Below the pieces are notes generated by a model that was not told where the DNA came from, ran no database searches, and worked only from the letters and a program-made list of their open reading frames with translations. The position numbers and the translations under genes were made by a program. Positions 1-9,557 of a stretch of 64,000 bases of DNA are shown one piece after another; the first letter of the stretch is position 1; each line of letters starts with the position of its first letter. Source of the stretch: Thermoplasmata archaeon (lineage in GTDB: Archaea > Thermoplasmatota > Thermoplasmata > Lutacidiplasmatales > UBA184); NCBI GenBank assembly GCA_030038095.1, contig JASHPK010000017.1, forward strand, positions 8,689 through 72,688. Reading direction: 5' to 3'.

Positions 1-1
1 G

Positions 2-109
2 CCGATCGAGCGGGCCTATCGGGACGCACGGATCAGCGAGATCTTCGAGGGCACCAACGAGATCCAGCGTCTCGTGGTGGCCCGCGATCTGCTCAGTCGG
101 GGGCTCTAG
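2..109 (+). CDS. acyl-CoA dehydrogenase, C-terminal fragment (gene continues off the left edge)
   Basis: Frame 2 reads [35 protein letters not shown] then TAG at 107-109. [10 protein letters not shown] is the conserved C-terminal helix motif of the ACAD family. Confidence 0.7.
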   Translation, partial: PIERAYRDARISEIFEGTNEIQRLVVARDLLSRGL

Positions 110-1799
110 CGCCGGCCGGGTGTTGGGCGGTCCACTCGTCGCGCAGGACGCGGCGGAGCACCTTCTGGACGCCGCTGCGCGGGAGCGCGTCGCGGAACTC
201 GATCGATCGCGGCGCCTTGAAGTGGGCGATCCGTTCGCGCACGAACTGGATCAGGACCTCTTCGCTCACGGCCGATCCCGGCTTCCGCACGACGAACGCC
301 ACGACGACCTCGCCGCGCTCCGCGTCGGGGACGCCGATCGCGGCGGCGTCCGCGACCGCCGGGTGCTGGAAAAGGACGTCTTCGACCTCGCGCGGGTAGA
401 CCTTCAATCCGCCCACGTTCACCATATCCTTCTTCCGGTCGACGATGTAGGCGTAGCCGTCGGCGTCGAGGCGGGCCATGTCGCCCGTCCGGAACCAGCC
501 GTCGTGGAGCACCGCCGCGGTCTCCTCCGGTTGCTGATAGTAGCCGAGCATCACCTGGGGACCCCGGACGGCGAGTTCGCCGACCTCGCCGATCGCGAGC
601 GATCGGGTCCCCGTCTCGAGGTCGACGACCCGTTCCTCCGTGTCGGGCAGGGGGAGGCCGATCGATCCGTCCCGCCGCTCTCCGTGCACCGGGTTCGCGT
701 GGGTGGCGGGAGAGGTCTCCGAGAGCCCGTACCCCTCCACGAGGTTCGCTCCGGTGAGCTCCTCGAACCGCTTCGCGACCGGGACGGGGAGCGGGGCGGA
801 CCCGCTGAGACAGTAGCGGATCGAGCGGATCTCGTAGCGCGAGAGATCCGGCTGTTGGTTGAAAGCTTGATAGAGCGCCGGCACCCCCGGGAACTGCGTC
901 GGATGGTGCTTGTCGATCAGTTTCAGGAGCTCCCGGATCTCGGGCCGCGTCTGCATCACGATCGTGGCGCCGGCGGCGAGCCCCATCAGGAGCGCGATCG
1001 TGAGCCCGTAGATGTGGAAGAACGGGATCGCGGCGACGATGATCTCTTCCCCCGGCACTTGCGTCGTGTTCCAGGCGTTCGCCTGCACCACGTTCGCGAC
1101 GAGGTTGCGGTGGCTGAGCATCGCCGCCTTCGGCTTGCCGGTCGTGCCTCCCGTGTACTGGAAGATCGCGACCGTGGTCGAGGGGTCCCCGTGGAACGAA
1201 GGGACCGGTCCGCCGGCCTGGAGCGCGTCGCGCCAGGGACGGATCGACGGGCCCCTGGGGAACGCGGTCGGCATCTGGCGGCGCCGGAGGACGAGGTTCA
1301 CGAAGAGTCGGTTCGGCCACGGGTAGAATTCGCGCAGCCGCCCCACGAAGACCGAAGGGACCGAGTACGCCCCGGCGACCTCGGCGACGCGCGGATAGAG
1401 GATCTCGAGCGTGACGAGCGCCTTGGGCTCGGAGTCCTTCAGGATCCGAAGGAGGTCCTGACCGAGGTAGAGGGGGCTCACCTGGACGACGATCGCGCCG
1501 AGCCGGAGCGCCCCGAACAGCGCGATCGGGTACTCCGGGCAGTTCGGGAGGTAGATGGCGACCCGGTCCCCGGCCTTCACGCCTTCCCGGGCGAGGGCGG
1601 CCGCGAACCGCCCGCTCTCCTCCCAGAAGCGCCGGTAGGTCCACCGCGCCCCGTAGTAGACGAACGCCGTTCGGCCGCCCCACCGCTCGACGCTCTCCGC
1701 GATCAGCTCGGGGAGGAGCTTCGCGGGCACCTCGACGTGCGGTGGCACGTCGTTCGGGTAGCGGCGGAGCCAGAACCGTTCGCTCTCGTGCAGGGCCAT
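93..1799 (-). CDS. AMP-dependent acyl-CoA synthetase/ligase (fatty-acid or aromatic-acid CoA ligase)
   Basis: ORF 93..1829. AMP-binding motifs are [25 protein letters not shown] and [21 protein letters not shown]. Start placed at Met11 (ATG 1799), 8 nt after the upstream gene, rather than at 1829. Confidence 0.85.
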   Translation of the reverse strand: MALHESERFWLRRYPNDVPPHVEVPAKLLPELIAESVERWGGRTAFVYYGARWTYRRFWEESGRFAAALAREGVKAGDRVAIYLPNCPEYPIALFGALRLGAIVVQVSPLYLGQDLLRILKDSEPKALVTLEILYPRVAEVAGAYSVPSVFVGRLREFYPWPNRLFVNLVLRRRQMPTAFPRGPSIRPWRDALQAGGPVPSFHGDPSTTVAIFQYTGGTTGKPKAAMLSHRNLVANVVQANAWNTTQVPGEEIIVAAIPFFHIYGLTIALLMGLAAGATIVMQTRPEIRELLKLIDKHHPTQFPGVPALYQAFNQQPDLSRYEIRSIRYCLSGSAPLPVPVAKRFEELTGANLVEGYGLSETSPATHANPVHGERRDGSIGLPLPDTEERVVDLETGTRSLAIGEVGELAVRGPQVMLGYYQQPEETAAVLHDGWFRTGDMARLDADGYAYIVDRKKDMVNVGGLKVYPREVEDVLFQHPAVADAAAIGVPDAERGEVVVAFVVRKPGSAVSEEVLIQFVRERIAHFKAPRSIEFRDALPRSGVQKVLRRVLRDEWTAQHPAGARAPD

Positions 1800-1806
1800 C
1801 GGTGGC

Positions 1807-2220
1807 TCACCGGGGGGACTCGCCCTCACCCTCCTTGGCGAACTGCACGCCGGGCCGGTAGCTCGGCGTGAACCGGACCCGGTCGCCGATGCGAAGCTCC
1901 GTCTCGCTGCGGACCCGGGGCATCCACCCGGTCACCCGACCCCCGCCGTCGAGCTCGACCACGACGTAGGCGTACGGCGCCTCGTTGAGGAACTCGTCGC
2001 CGGGCACGGCGAGGATCGTGTAGGCGACGACCGACCCGCGGTCGGAGAGCTCCGCCTCCTCGAGATCTCGGGACCCGCACCGGGGGCACGCGAGCCCCCA
2101 GGTCGCGCTGCGAAGCCCGCAGCTCCGGCAGCGGAAGCCCCGAAGCTTCCCATCGTTCTCGTACCCCTTCACCCACTCCTCGATCGTGTGGGGCGCGCGC
2201 GGCAGCGTACTCGCGGTCAT
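1807..2220 (-). CDS. DUF35-type Zn-ribbon/OB-fold protein (thiolase-associated)
   Basis: Zinc ribbon CRSCG..x..CPRCG followed by an OB-like C-terminus (VVAYTILAV...YAYVVVELDGGGRVTGW). It lies immediately downstream of a thiolase gene, the usual archaeal pairing. Confidence 0.8.
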   Translation of the reverse strand: MTASTLPRAPHTIEEWVKGYENDGKLRGFRCRSCGLRSATWGLACPRCGSRDLEEAELSDRGSVVAYTILAVPGDEFLNEAPYAYVVVELDGGGRVTGWMPRVRSETELRIGDRVRFTPSYRPGVQFAKEGEGESPR

Positions 2221-2229
2221 CGGACGGTC

Positions 2230-3384
2230 CTAGCGCCGAGAAAAGATGTGGACCGAGCAGGAGCCGCCGGTCGCCCCCACGTTGTGGGCGAGCGCGGTCT
2301 CGGCGCGCGGCACCTCACGCCCCGCGGCCCGGCCGTTCATCTGCTCGAAGATCTCGACGACCTGGGCCGCGCCGGTCGCGCTGACCGGATGCCCTTTCGC
2401 CTTGAGCCCGCCCGACGGGTTGACGGGGAGGCGACCGTCCCTCGCCGTGATGCCCTCGAGCGCGGCGCCCGCGCCGGCTCCCTTCGGCAGGAAGCCGAGG
2501 TCCTCGAGCGCGAGGGCCTCGGCGATGGTGAAGCAGTCGTGGACCTCGAGGAAATCGATGTCGCGTCGCCCGAGGTGGGCCTGACGGAACGCGGCGTCGG
2601 CGGCCGTCCGCGTCGCCGGCAGCCCGAGGAGGTCGGGCCGGTCCTGCATATCCATGATCGAGCCGGAGCGGGCCGAGGCGCGGATCACGAGCGGCTCGGT
2701 GACCGGCTGCTTCACGAACTCCTTGGCGGCGACCACGACGGCCGCGGCGCCATCGGAGAACGGACAGCAGTCGTAGAGTCGGAGCGGGGAGGCGATCATC
2801 GGGGATCCGAGGTACGTCTCCATCGAGATCTCCTTCTGGAAGTGGGCGTTCGGGTTCCGGGCGCCGTTCGCGTGGTTCTTGATCGCGATCGCGCCGAACA
2901 TCTCGGGGGTCGTGCGATAGACGGATCGATAGGCCGTCGCGAGGGTCGCGTAGAGTCCCGGGAACGTGGCGCCGTTCTTCGTCTCGTACGCGCAGTCCGC
3001 TCCCAACGTGAAGTAGCTCGTCGCGGCGAGGGTGTCGAGGTGCGAGAGCTTCTCCATGCCGACCACGAGGGCGGCATCGGCGAATCCCCCGGCCACGTGG
3101 ACGAACGCCTCGTGCAGCGCCGCGCTCGACGAGGAGCAGGCCGACTCGACGGTGCACGAAGGGACGTCGGGGATGCCGAGGCCGCTATTGACGAGCGGGC
3201 CGACGTGCCCCTGACGCTCCGCGGCCCCGAAGCAGTTGGACACGAACGTGTAGCCGATGTCCTTCGGCTCGAGCCCGGACGCCTGGATCGCCTCCGCCGC
3301 CACTCGGGTGCCGGCCTCGCGACCGGTCTCCGACATCTTGCCGAACCGGTTCGAGGCCGCTCCCACCACCCAGGTCTCGCGCAC
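2230..3384 (-). CDS. thiolase-family acetyl-CoA C-acyltransferase (SCP-x/archaeal type)
   Basis: 384 aa. Active-site Cys context TVESACSSSSAAL. C-terminal NPSGGLKAKGHPVSATG and GGSCSVHIF motifs are typical of thiolases. GTG start with GGAGGA upstream. Confidence 0.85.
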   Translation of the reverse strand: MRETWVVGAASNRFGKMSETGREAGTRVAAEAIQASGLEPKDIGYTFVSNCFGAAERQGHVGPLVNSGLGIPDVPSCTVESACSSSSAALHEAFVHVAGGFADAALVVGMEKLSHLDTLAATSYFTLGADCAYETKNGATFPGLYATLATAYRSVYRTTPEMFGAIAIKNHANGARNPNAHFQKEISMETYLGSPMIASPLRLYDCCPFSDGAAAVVVAAKEFVKQPVTEPLVIRASARSGSIMDMQDRPDLLGLPATRTAADAAFRQAHLGRRDIDFLEVHDCFTIAEALALEDLGFLPKGAGAGAALEGITARDGRLPVNPSGGLKAKGHPVSATGAAQVVEIFEQMNGRAAGREVPRAETALAHNVGATGGSCSVHIFSRR

Positions 3385-3407
3385 GAGCTCCTCCGGACCC
3401 GCCTACC

Positions 3408-3749
3408 TCATCCCCCAGATTGATTTCCGCCCTTCGCCGTCCGGGACGGAGCGGGCGGCCGGGCGTTCGGGCTCTCGACCGGCGGGCCGTCGAGCTCGAG
3501 GAGCCCGCGCAGCTGATCCAGGACCCGCTCGGCCGCGGCCGGGTCCCGGGTCTTGAACAAGAGACGACCGTTCTGGCTGATCGTCACCTCGACCTCGAGG
3601 GCGGCGATCAGCATCACGCGGGCGTCGACGACGGCGATCCCCTGGCGCTCGAGGCGCCCTCGGGCGCGCGCGAGATCGATCGGACGCGGGGGCTCCGGGA
3701 GCGCCTCGTACGCGCCGCGATTCGAACAGATCCGCAGCGCGCGGTACAT
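3408..3749 (-). CDS. hypothetical 113-aa protein ending in Gly-Gly
   Basis: Sub-ORF of track ORF 3408..4223 starting at MYRALRICSN (ATG 3749). It fills the otherwise empty gap between the thiolase and ThiI-like genes. GC-rich third positions suggest real coding. The C-terminus is ...KGGNQSGG followed by the stop. Confidence 0.4.
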   Translation of the reverse strand: MYRALRICSNRGAYEALPEPPRPIDLARARGRLERQGIAVVDARVMLIAALEVEVTISQNGRLLFKTRDPAAAERVLDQLRGLLELDGPPVESPNARPPAPSRTAKGGNQSGG

Positions 3750-3850
3750 TCGGAACCCCCTCCTCCGAGGCCGTTCCCGCTCTTGGCGGTTCGCATTTCC
3801 CCGGGTCCCTCCCGGCCGCGGAAGGTGCTGGACCGCTCCGAAGGGGTGAT

Positions 3851-4477
3851 CTACAGGATCGTCGCCTGGCGCACGCAGTCGTCGATGATCCGCTCGACGT
3901 CGACCCGCTCCTCCTCCTGGAGGATCTGGACGAGATGGGTCCGAGTCGCCGGACGGTCCGGCACGGCCTGGCAGCACAGTCCGGGCCGCGTCGAGATCTC
4001 GTAGGTGCCGATGGACTTCGCGACCGCCTCGATCTCTTGCTTGTCGAACCCGATCAACGGGCGGACGATGGGGAGGCGGACGCTCGCGGTCGCATTCCGC
4101 ATGTTGCTCAGGGTCTGGGACGCGACCTGCCCGAGGGCCTCGCCGGTCGCGAGGAAGCTCGCCCCTTCCCGCTCCGCGATCCGCTCCGCCGAACGCCACA
4201 TGAAGCGTCGGCAGAGAACGCATCCGACGTGGCGGTCGGTGTTCCGCATCAGCGCGATCTGGGTCGGACCGTGGGGGAGCACATAGAGCGGAATCGGCTG
4301 CGCGTAGCGCTCTCGGAGCATCGCGAGGTGATCGACCACCTTGGCGAGGGGGGAATCGTCCGTGAACGGCCGGTTGTCCATGTGGACGCCGACCACCTCG
4401 TGGCCCTGGCGCAGCAGGTAGTGGAGCGCGACGGGCGAGTCGATCCCGCCGCTCATGAGCATCACTCCCCGTGCCAT
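3851..4477 (-). CDS. ThiI-like PP-loop ATP pyrophosphatase (tRNA sulfurtransferase catalytic domain only; no THUMP or rhodanese domain)
   Basis: 208 aa. PP-loop MSGGIDSPVA. ThiI-type motifs ATGEALGQVASQTL and RPLIGFDKQEI. Cys motifs CVLC and GLCC. Confidence 0.75.
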   Translation of the reverse strand: MARGVMLMSGGIDSPVALHYLLRQGHEVVGVHMDNRPFTDDSPLAKVVDHLAMLRERYAQPIPLYVLPHGPTQIALMRNTDRHVGCVLCRRFMWRSAERIAEREGASFLATGEALGQVASQTLSNMRNATASVRLPIVRPLIGFDKQEIEAVAKSIGTYEISTRPGLCCQAVPDRPATRTHLVQILQEEERVDVERIIDDCVRQATIL

Positions 4478-4556
4478 CGGCGTGGATAGCCGGGGCCGTC
4501 TATTTAGGGGTGCGCCCGGCGGCCACGGTTAAGAGCATGCGCGTCAGGCTCGGTCG

Positions 4557-5363
4557 ATGGCCGGAAGTAGCTCGGGACCCGTCCCGCTCGCGACGCGCGA
4601 GGCGGGCGACGGCCCAGCGATCCTGCTGCTGCACGGGATCGGGGGCAATCGCACCGTGTGGAACACGGTGATCCCGCTCCTCGAGACCGACTTCCGGGTG
4701 ATCGCCCCGGATCTTCGCGGCCACGGCCGCTCGGCCGCTCCGCCCGGCTCGACCTTCTCTTTCGAAGAGATGCTCGGCGACGTCGTGCACCTGCTCGACG
4801 CGCGGGGTCTCGACTCGGCGCACTGGGTCGGCCTGAGCGGCGGCGCGCTGCTCGCGCTCCGCGCGGCGCTCGACGCCCGGGCCCGCTGCCGGAGCCTGAC
4901 GATGGTGAGCGGGGCCGCGTACACCGACTCCCATACGCGGGCGATCGCAGAGCGATGGGCGGAGACGTACGCGAAGGAGGGCCCGGATTCGTTCGCGCTC
5001 CGCCTTCTCAAGGATCTGTATTATCCGGACTGGATCGAGGACCATCTCGACCTCGCGGACGAACTTCGCCAGGACGTGAAGGACCACGACTACCGGCCGG
5101 CGGTGCGGTGGGCCGAGGCGATGGGCCGGTTCGATGAGCGCAACCGGATCGCGTCGATCGAAGTGCCGACCCTCATCGTCCAGGCGATGGACGACGCGAT
5201 CGTGGACGCTTCGCACGGGCGCATCCTCCGCCAGACGATACCCGGCGCCCAGATCCGGATCCTGCCGCAGACGGGCCACATGATCCCCCTGGAGCGGCCC
5301 CAAGAGACCGCCGAAGCGATCGCGGCCCACGTCCGGGCCGCGGAGGCCAAGCGCTCCTCGTGA
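4557..5363 (+). CDS. alpha/beta-fold hydrolase
   Basis: 268 aa. HG oxyanion motif LLLHGIGGN, nucleophile elbow GLSGG, C-terminal GHMIPLERP. Confidence 0.8.
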   Translation: MAGSSSGPVPLATREAGDGPAILLLHGIGGNRTVWNTVIPLLETDFRVIAPDLRGHGRSAAPPGSTFSFEEMLGDVVHLLDARGLDSAHWVGLSGGALLALRAALDARARCRSLTMVSGAAYTDSHTRAIAERWAETYAKEGPDSFALRLLKDLYYPDWIEDHLDLADELRQDVKDHDYRPAVRWAEAMGRFDERNRIASIEVPTLIVQAMDDAIVDASHGRILRQTIPGAQIRILPQTGHMIPLERPQETAEAIAAHVRAAEAKRSS

Positions 5364-5416
5364 GAGTTCCCCCGCCTCGGGGGAGGTTTAAGAAGTCTCG
5401 ACCCCTCCTAGGGGCG

Positions 5417-5590
5417 ATGGCCGACGAGCTGCCCCCCGACCTGATCGCCCGCGTGGAGCGCCTAGAGAAGGAGCTCCGAGAGGTCCGGCTCCGCCTCGCG
5501 TCGCTCGAACTCAAGATGGACCCCCGGCTCGAGCACCCCGTCGACAAGTCCACGATCCGCGAGAAGGTCGCCTACGATTGGCAGGCGTGA
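5417..5590 (+). CDS. small coiled-coil hypothetical protein (57 aa)
   Basis: ATG 5417 inside ORF 5360..5590. Heptad-like LIARVERLEKELREVRLRLASLELK. Its stop overlaps the next gene's GTG (GTGA). Confidence 0.35.
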   Translation: MADELPPDLIARVERLEKELREVRLRLASLELKMDPRLEHPVDKSTIREKVAYDWQA

Positions 5591-6234
5591 GCGCGGACCG
5601 GCCTGACGGCCGCCTCCTCGGTAGCGCGCCCGGCACCATCGCGGAGCTCCTGGACCGCTTCCCGGTCGAGACCCCTCCGCCTTCGGCCGCCGGCGCCGCC
5701 GTCCTGATCCTCCTCCGGGACGGGGCCCACGAGACCGAGACGCTCCTCATCGAGCGGACCGAGCGTCCGGAGGACCCCGCCTCGGGACAGGTCGCCTTCC
5801 CGGGGGGCCGCCATGACCCCCAGGACGCGTCCCTGCTCGCGACCGTCCTGCGGGAGACCGAGGAGGAGGTCGGCCTCGGCGCCGACGACCTCACGGGACC
5901 CCCACGGTTCGTCCGAGTGTACCATGCCTCCCGTTTCGGACTGGACGTGGCCGCGTTCGCGGCCGCCCTCGGGGACGGGGCCCGACGGCCCCGCCCCCGG
6001 AGCCGGACCGAGGTCGCCCACGTGTTCTGGCTCCCGCGATCGGCGCTCGGCGCGGAAGCGAGGATCGTTCGCGACACCTCGCTCGGGGCCATCGAGGTCG
6101 ACGCGACGCTCTACCAAGGCCACGTCCTGTGGGGGTTCACGCGCCGGCTCCTCCGGGAGTTCTTCGGCCACCCGCCGGAAGGAACGTTCGCGGCCTCGAG
6201 GGAACCAGCGGCCGGGCGACACAACACCCTTTAA
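5587..6234 (+). CDS. NUDIX hydrolase, CoA-pyrophosphatase-like
   Basis: Nudix box GGRHDPQDASLLATVLRETEEEVGL preceded by LLIERTERPEDPASGQVAFPGG (NUDT7/CoA-pyrophosphatase-like upstream motif). Start taken as GTG 5587 (GTGA overlap); the track uses TTG 5578. Confidence 0.75.
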   Translation: MSADRPDGRLLGSAPGTIAELLDRFPVETPPPSAAGAAVLILLRDGAHETETLLIERTERPEDPASGQVAFPGGRHDPQDASLLATVLRETEEEVGLGADDLTGPPRFVRVYHASRFGLDVAAFAAALGDGARRPRPRSRTEVAHVFWLPRSALGAEARIVRDTSLGAIEVDATLYQGHVLWGFTRRLLREFFGHPPEGTFAASREPAAGRHNTL

Positions 6235-6250
6235 ATACCACCTTAAATAC
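6230..6250 (+). promoter_or_regulatory. tandem TATA-like boxes upstream of tbp
   Basis: TTTAAATA (6230-6237) and CTTAAATAC (6242-6250) are the only AT-rich elements here. They lie 20-40 nt upstream of TTG 6270, consistent with a leaderless or short-leader archaeal promoter. Confidence 0.4.
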
Positions 6251-6269
6251 TCCCCCGCCGGGGATATCT

Positions 6270-6818
6270 TTGGTCAAGATACGGATAGAGAACGTCGTAG
6301 CCTCCACCTCCCTCGGCGACGAGCTCGACCTTCAGTCGATCGCCCTCGGGCTCGACGGGGCCGAGTACGAGCCCGAGCAGTTCCCGGGCCTCATCTACCG
6401 GCTGAAGCAGCCGAAGACCGCGATCCTGCTCTTCCGCTCGGGGAAGGTCGTCTGCACCGGCGCGAAGAGCATGCATGAGGTCGAGGAGTCGATCCACTCG
6501 GTCGCCCAGCAGATCAAGAAGGGCGGCCAGAAGATCAACATGCACCCGAAGATCGAGGTGCAGAACATCGTCGCGAGCTCCGACCTCGAGAGCGAGATCA
6601 ACCTCAACGCCATCGCGGTCACCCTCGGACTCGACCGGGTGGAGTACGAGCCCGAGCAGTTTCCGGGCCTCGTCTGCCGGATCGATGAGCCGCGCGTCGT
6701 GGTGCTCCTGTTCGGCAGCGGCAAGCTCGTGTGCACGGGCGCGCGGAAGCCGGGAGACGTCGAGGTCGCGGTCAAGAAGATCACGAAGGAGCTCCAGGGC
6801 GCAGGACTCCTCCGCTGA
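6270..6818 (+). CDS. tbp: TATA-box-binding protein
   Basis: Two internal repeats: ENVVASTSLGDELDL...EYEPEQFPGLIYRL...LLFRSGKVVCTGAKS and QNIVASSDLESEINL...EYEPEQFPGLVCRI...LLFGSGKLVCTGARK. Start set at TTG 6270; the upstream part of ORF 6129..6818 overlaps the NUDIX gene. Confidence 0.9.
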   Translation: MVKIRIENVVASTSLGDELDLQSIALGLDGAEYEPEQFPGLIYRLKQPKTAILLFRSGKVVCTGAKSMHEVEESIHSVAQQIKKGGQKINMHPKIEVQNIVASSDLESEINLNAIAVTLGLDRVEYEPEQFPGLVCRIDEPRVVVLLFGSGKLVCTGARKPGDVEVAVKKITKELQGAGLLR

Positions 6819-6840
6819 TCCGAACCCTTGCGGGGCCGGT

Positions 6841-7713
6841 GTGCCGATCCCGTCGGGACTGCCGGTCGTCGACCACCACTGCCATCTCTCCCCCGCGGGC
6901 GAGGGCGTGGAGGCGGCCCGCCGATTCCGGGCGGCCGGAGGGACCCACCTGTTCCTCACGACCCAGAACTACGACCGGGTACCGCCCCGCTCGCTCGAGG
7001 ATTACGAGCGGCAGTTCGCGACGACCGAGTCGCTCGCCCGACGGATCCGGGAGGAGACGGGGACGGTCGTCTATCCGGTGATCGCCCCGTACCCCGTCGA
7101 CCTCGTGGACGCCGTGGGGACGCTCGGCCCGGGCGGGGCGAGGGACCTCCAACGGACCGCCCTCGACCTCGCGGGCCGCTGGGTACGCGAGCGACGGGCG
7201 TTCGCGCTGGGCGAGGTCGGGCGTCCCCACTTCGCCGTGCCGGAAGTGGTCGCGCAGGTCGCGGAGGAGGTTCTCGCGCACGCCTTCGAGGTCGCTCGAG
7301 AGTCCGGCTGCCCGATCGTCGTCCACGCGGCGGAGCTCTCCGGCGAAGAGCTCGCCGCTCTCGCAGCCCGGGCCCGTTCCGCGGGCCTCGCCGCCGGTCG
7401 AGTCATCAAGCACTATTCGCGGCGGAGGCTCTCCGTGGCGGAGCGCCACGAGACCGTGCCCTCCTATCTGGCCGAGCGGGAGCTGGTGCTTAGCGTCCGG
7501 AACGACCCCGGACCCTGGTTCCTCGAGACCGACTTCCTCGATGATCCGGCCCGCCCCGGCGCGGTCCTGGACATCGCCACGGTACCCCGTCGGGCCCGGG
7601 CCATCGCCGAGTCCGGCCCGAGTGGAGCGGAGTCGCTGTGGGTGCCGTTCGTGGAGTCCGTCGAGCGGGTGTATGGCTGGCGGCCGGAACCGCTGCGGGA
7701 GGCCCCCCGATGA
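6841..7713 (+). CDS. TatD-related metal-dependent hydrolase (amidohydrolase superfamily)
   Basis: GTG 6841 inside ORF 6475..7713. N-terminal VVDHHCHL HxH metal motif; GEVGRPHF and VVHAAE motifs. Confidence 0.65.
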   Translation: MPIPSGLPVVDHHCHLSPAGEGVEAARRFRAAGGTHLFLTTQNYDRVPPRSLEDYERQFATTESLARRIREETGTVVYPVIAPYPVDLVDAVGTLGPGGARDLQRTALDLAGRWVRERRAFALGEVGRPHFAVPEVVAQVAEEVLAHAFEVARESGCPIVVHAAELSGEELAALAARARSAGLAAGRVIKHYSRRRLSVAERHETVPSYLAERELVLSVRNDPGPWFLETDFLDDPARPGAVLDIATVPRRARAIAESGPSGAESLWVPFVESVERVYGWRPEPLREAPR

Positions 7714-8345
7714 CCGGCCCGCGCCGCCGCCGGGGGAGGCTCATCGCCCTCGAAGGGATCGACGGGGTCGGCAAGTCGACGCTCGTCCGGGCGCTCGCTC
7801 GCGCCCTGCGTCGCCGAGGACTTTCCGTCGCGGTCCGGCGCGAACCGGCGGACCCGAGTCTCGGCCGGCTCGCCCAGGCCGCCAGCGTCGACGATCCCTG
7901 GACCGGAGCGACCTACTTCACGCTCGACCGCTACCTCGCGCGAGCCTCGCTGGAGCGGGACCTCGCTCGGCACGACCTCGTGCTCACCGACCGCTCGTTC
8001 TACTCGACGCTCGCCTACCAGGGGAGCGCGCTCGGACCGGCCGCGCTTCGCCGGCTCGCCCGACTGCAGACCGCGGCGACCCGACCGCCGGATCAGGTGA
8101 TCTGGATCGACCTGGCTCCTGCCGAAGCGCTCGCCCGACTGGGCCGGCGGGGGAGCCACCGGTCTCCGCTCGAACGAGCGGCGACCCTCGAGCGCGTGGC
8201 GGATGCCTACCGTCGCCTGGCGCGGCGCCATCGTTGGGATGTGATCGACGGTCGGGCGGCCCCCCGAGAGCTGGTCGCCGGCGCTCTCCGAGCGATCGCG
8301 CCGGCGGGGTCGAAGCCCCGGCCCCGTCGTCCGGGGCGAAGGTGA
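7710..8345 (+). CDS. tmk: thymidylate kinase
   Basis: P-loop LIALEGIDGVGKST; DRY/DRS motifs (TLDRYLA, LTDRSFYSTLAYQG). ATG 7710 overlaps the upstream stop (ATGA). Confidence 0.85.
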   Translation: MTGPRRRRGRLIALEGIDGVGKSTLVRALARALRRRGLSVAVRREPADPSLGRLAQAASVDDPWTGATYFTLDRYLARASLERDLARHDLVLTDRSFYSTLAYQGSALGPAALRRLARLQTAATRPPDQVIWIDLAPAEALARLGRRGSHRSPLERAATLERVADAYRRLARRHRWDVIDGRAAPRELVAGALRAIAPAGSKPRPRRPGRR

Positions 8346-8375
8346 TATGGGCCGCCCCGGTCCCCGGGTTCGACC

Positions 8376-9533
8376 GTGACCGCCCCGCCCCGGATCCTGC
8401 AGCGAGAGGAGACGCTCGATCCGGCGTTCCTTCCTCCCCGGCTCGTCCGCCGCGACAAGGAGCTCGAGCTGCTCACCCGGCGGTACCGGGAGGCCCTGAC
8501 GAAGGGCATCCCGTTCCACCTCCTGCTCACCGGGGGCGTCGGCAGCGGGAAGACGGCGATCGCCCGCCGGCTCGCCTCCGACCTCGAGCGGTCGGGTCGC
8601 CTCGGGGACTTCCCGGTCCGCTCGGCCTACGTCAACTGCTGGCGCCGAGCGAGCGACCGGACCGTGATGCTCGATCTGCTGCGGAGCGTGCACGTTTCGC
8701 TCCCGGACCGGGGGTACAGCCTCTCCGAGATGCTCGACGTCTTCGAGCAGGGGCTCCGGCGCAATCCGCAGCACCTGCTCGTCCTCTTGGATGAGGCCGC
8801 GGCCCTCGTGCGCCAGGAGACGAAGCTCGTCTACCTCCTCTCCCGTTCGCGGGAGGTGGAGCTCGGCTCCATCTCCCTCGTCCTGGTCGCGGTCGAGGAC
8901 CTCTTCCCCTACCTCGATCCCGCGAGCCGGTCGAGCTTCGGCGTGACGCATCGCCTGGCGCTCGCCCCCTACGACCGGGCCGCGCTCCGGGAGATCCTCG
9001 AAGCCCGCGCTCAGCTCGCGCTGCGGCCGGGGAGCTACGACACCGAGGTGCTCGACCAGGTGGCGGGGATCGCGGCGCCCAATGGCGACGCGCGGTTCGC
9101 CCTCGAGATCCTGTCGGGCGCCGCCCACGTGGCCGAGGAGGCCGGCTCCGCCGCGGTCTCACCGGAGCACGTGCGACGGACGAAGGGTTCCCTGCTCCCC
9201 ACCGTCGCCGAAGACCACCTCGAGGCGCTGTCGACGAACCAGCTCGGGGTCCTGCTCGCGCTCTCGCGGTCGCTCAAGGGCCGCGGGGCGACCGTGCCGA
9301 GCCAGCGCCTCCGTTCGACCCACTCGGTCCTCCTGGAGGAGCTGGGGGGAGCGGCGATGAGCCGCACGACCTTCTGGAGGACCCTCAAGGAGCTCGAGCG
9401 GGACGGCCTGATCACGCTCGAGCCGGGGGCGACCGGCGAGTCGAGCCGCATCGGCATGGACGAGATGCCGGCGAGCTTCCTCGCGACCCTCCTCGAAGAA
9501 CGCCTCGAGCGGGTACGCTCTCGCAAACCCTAA
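8376..9533 (+). CDS. cdc6: Orc1/Cdc6 replication initiator
   Basis: 385 aa. N-terminal LPPRLVRRDKELELL, Walker A LTGGVGSGKT, Walker B LLVLLDEAAAL, C-terminal winged-helix-like region. Confidence 0.9.
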   Translation: MTAPPRILQREETLDPAFLPPRLVRRDKELELLTRRYREALTKGIPFHLLLTGGVGSGKTAIARRLASDLERSGRLGDFPVRSAYVNCWRRASDRTVMLDLLRSVHVSLPDRGYSLSEMLDVFEQGLRRNPQHLLVLLDEAAALVRQETKLVYLLSRSREVELGSISLVLVAVEDLFPYLDPASRSSFGVTHRLALAPYDRAALREILEARAQLALRPGSYDTEVLDQVAGIAAPNGDARFALEILSGAAHVAEEAGSAAVSPEHVRRTKGSLLPTVAEDHLEALSTNQLGVLLALSRSLKGRGATVPSQRLRSTHSVLLEELGGAAMSRTTFWRTLKELERDGLITLEPGATGESSRIGMDEMPASFLATLLEERLERVRSRKP

Positions 9534-9557
9534 AGCGGCCCCTCCGGTCCCGACGCC

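Noticed and set aside
7464-9128. 554-aa minus-strand ORF. Similar long shadow ORFs occur at 33077..34957, 54471..56291, 25091..26692, 27870..29150 and 62020..63381.
   Set aside because: All lie antisense to confidently identified genes (tmk/orc1, gltX, MFS, the bcr-like ATPase, had-like, asnA) and have R/G/P/E-biased composition. These are GC-driven artefacts.
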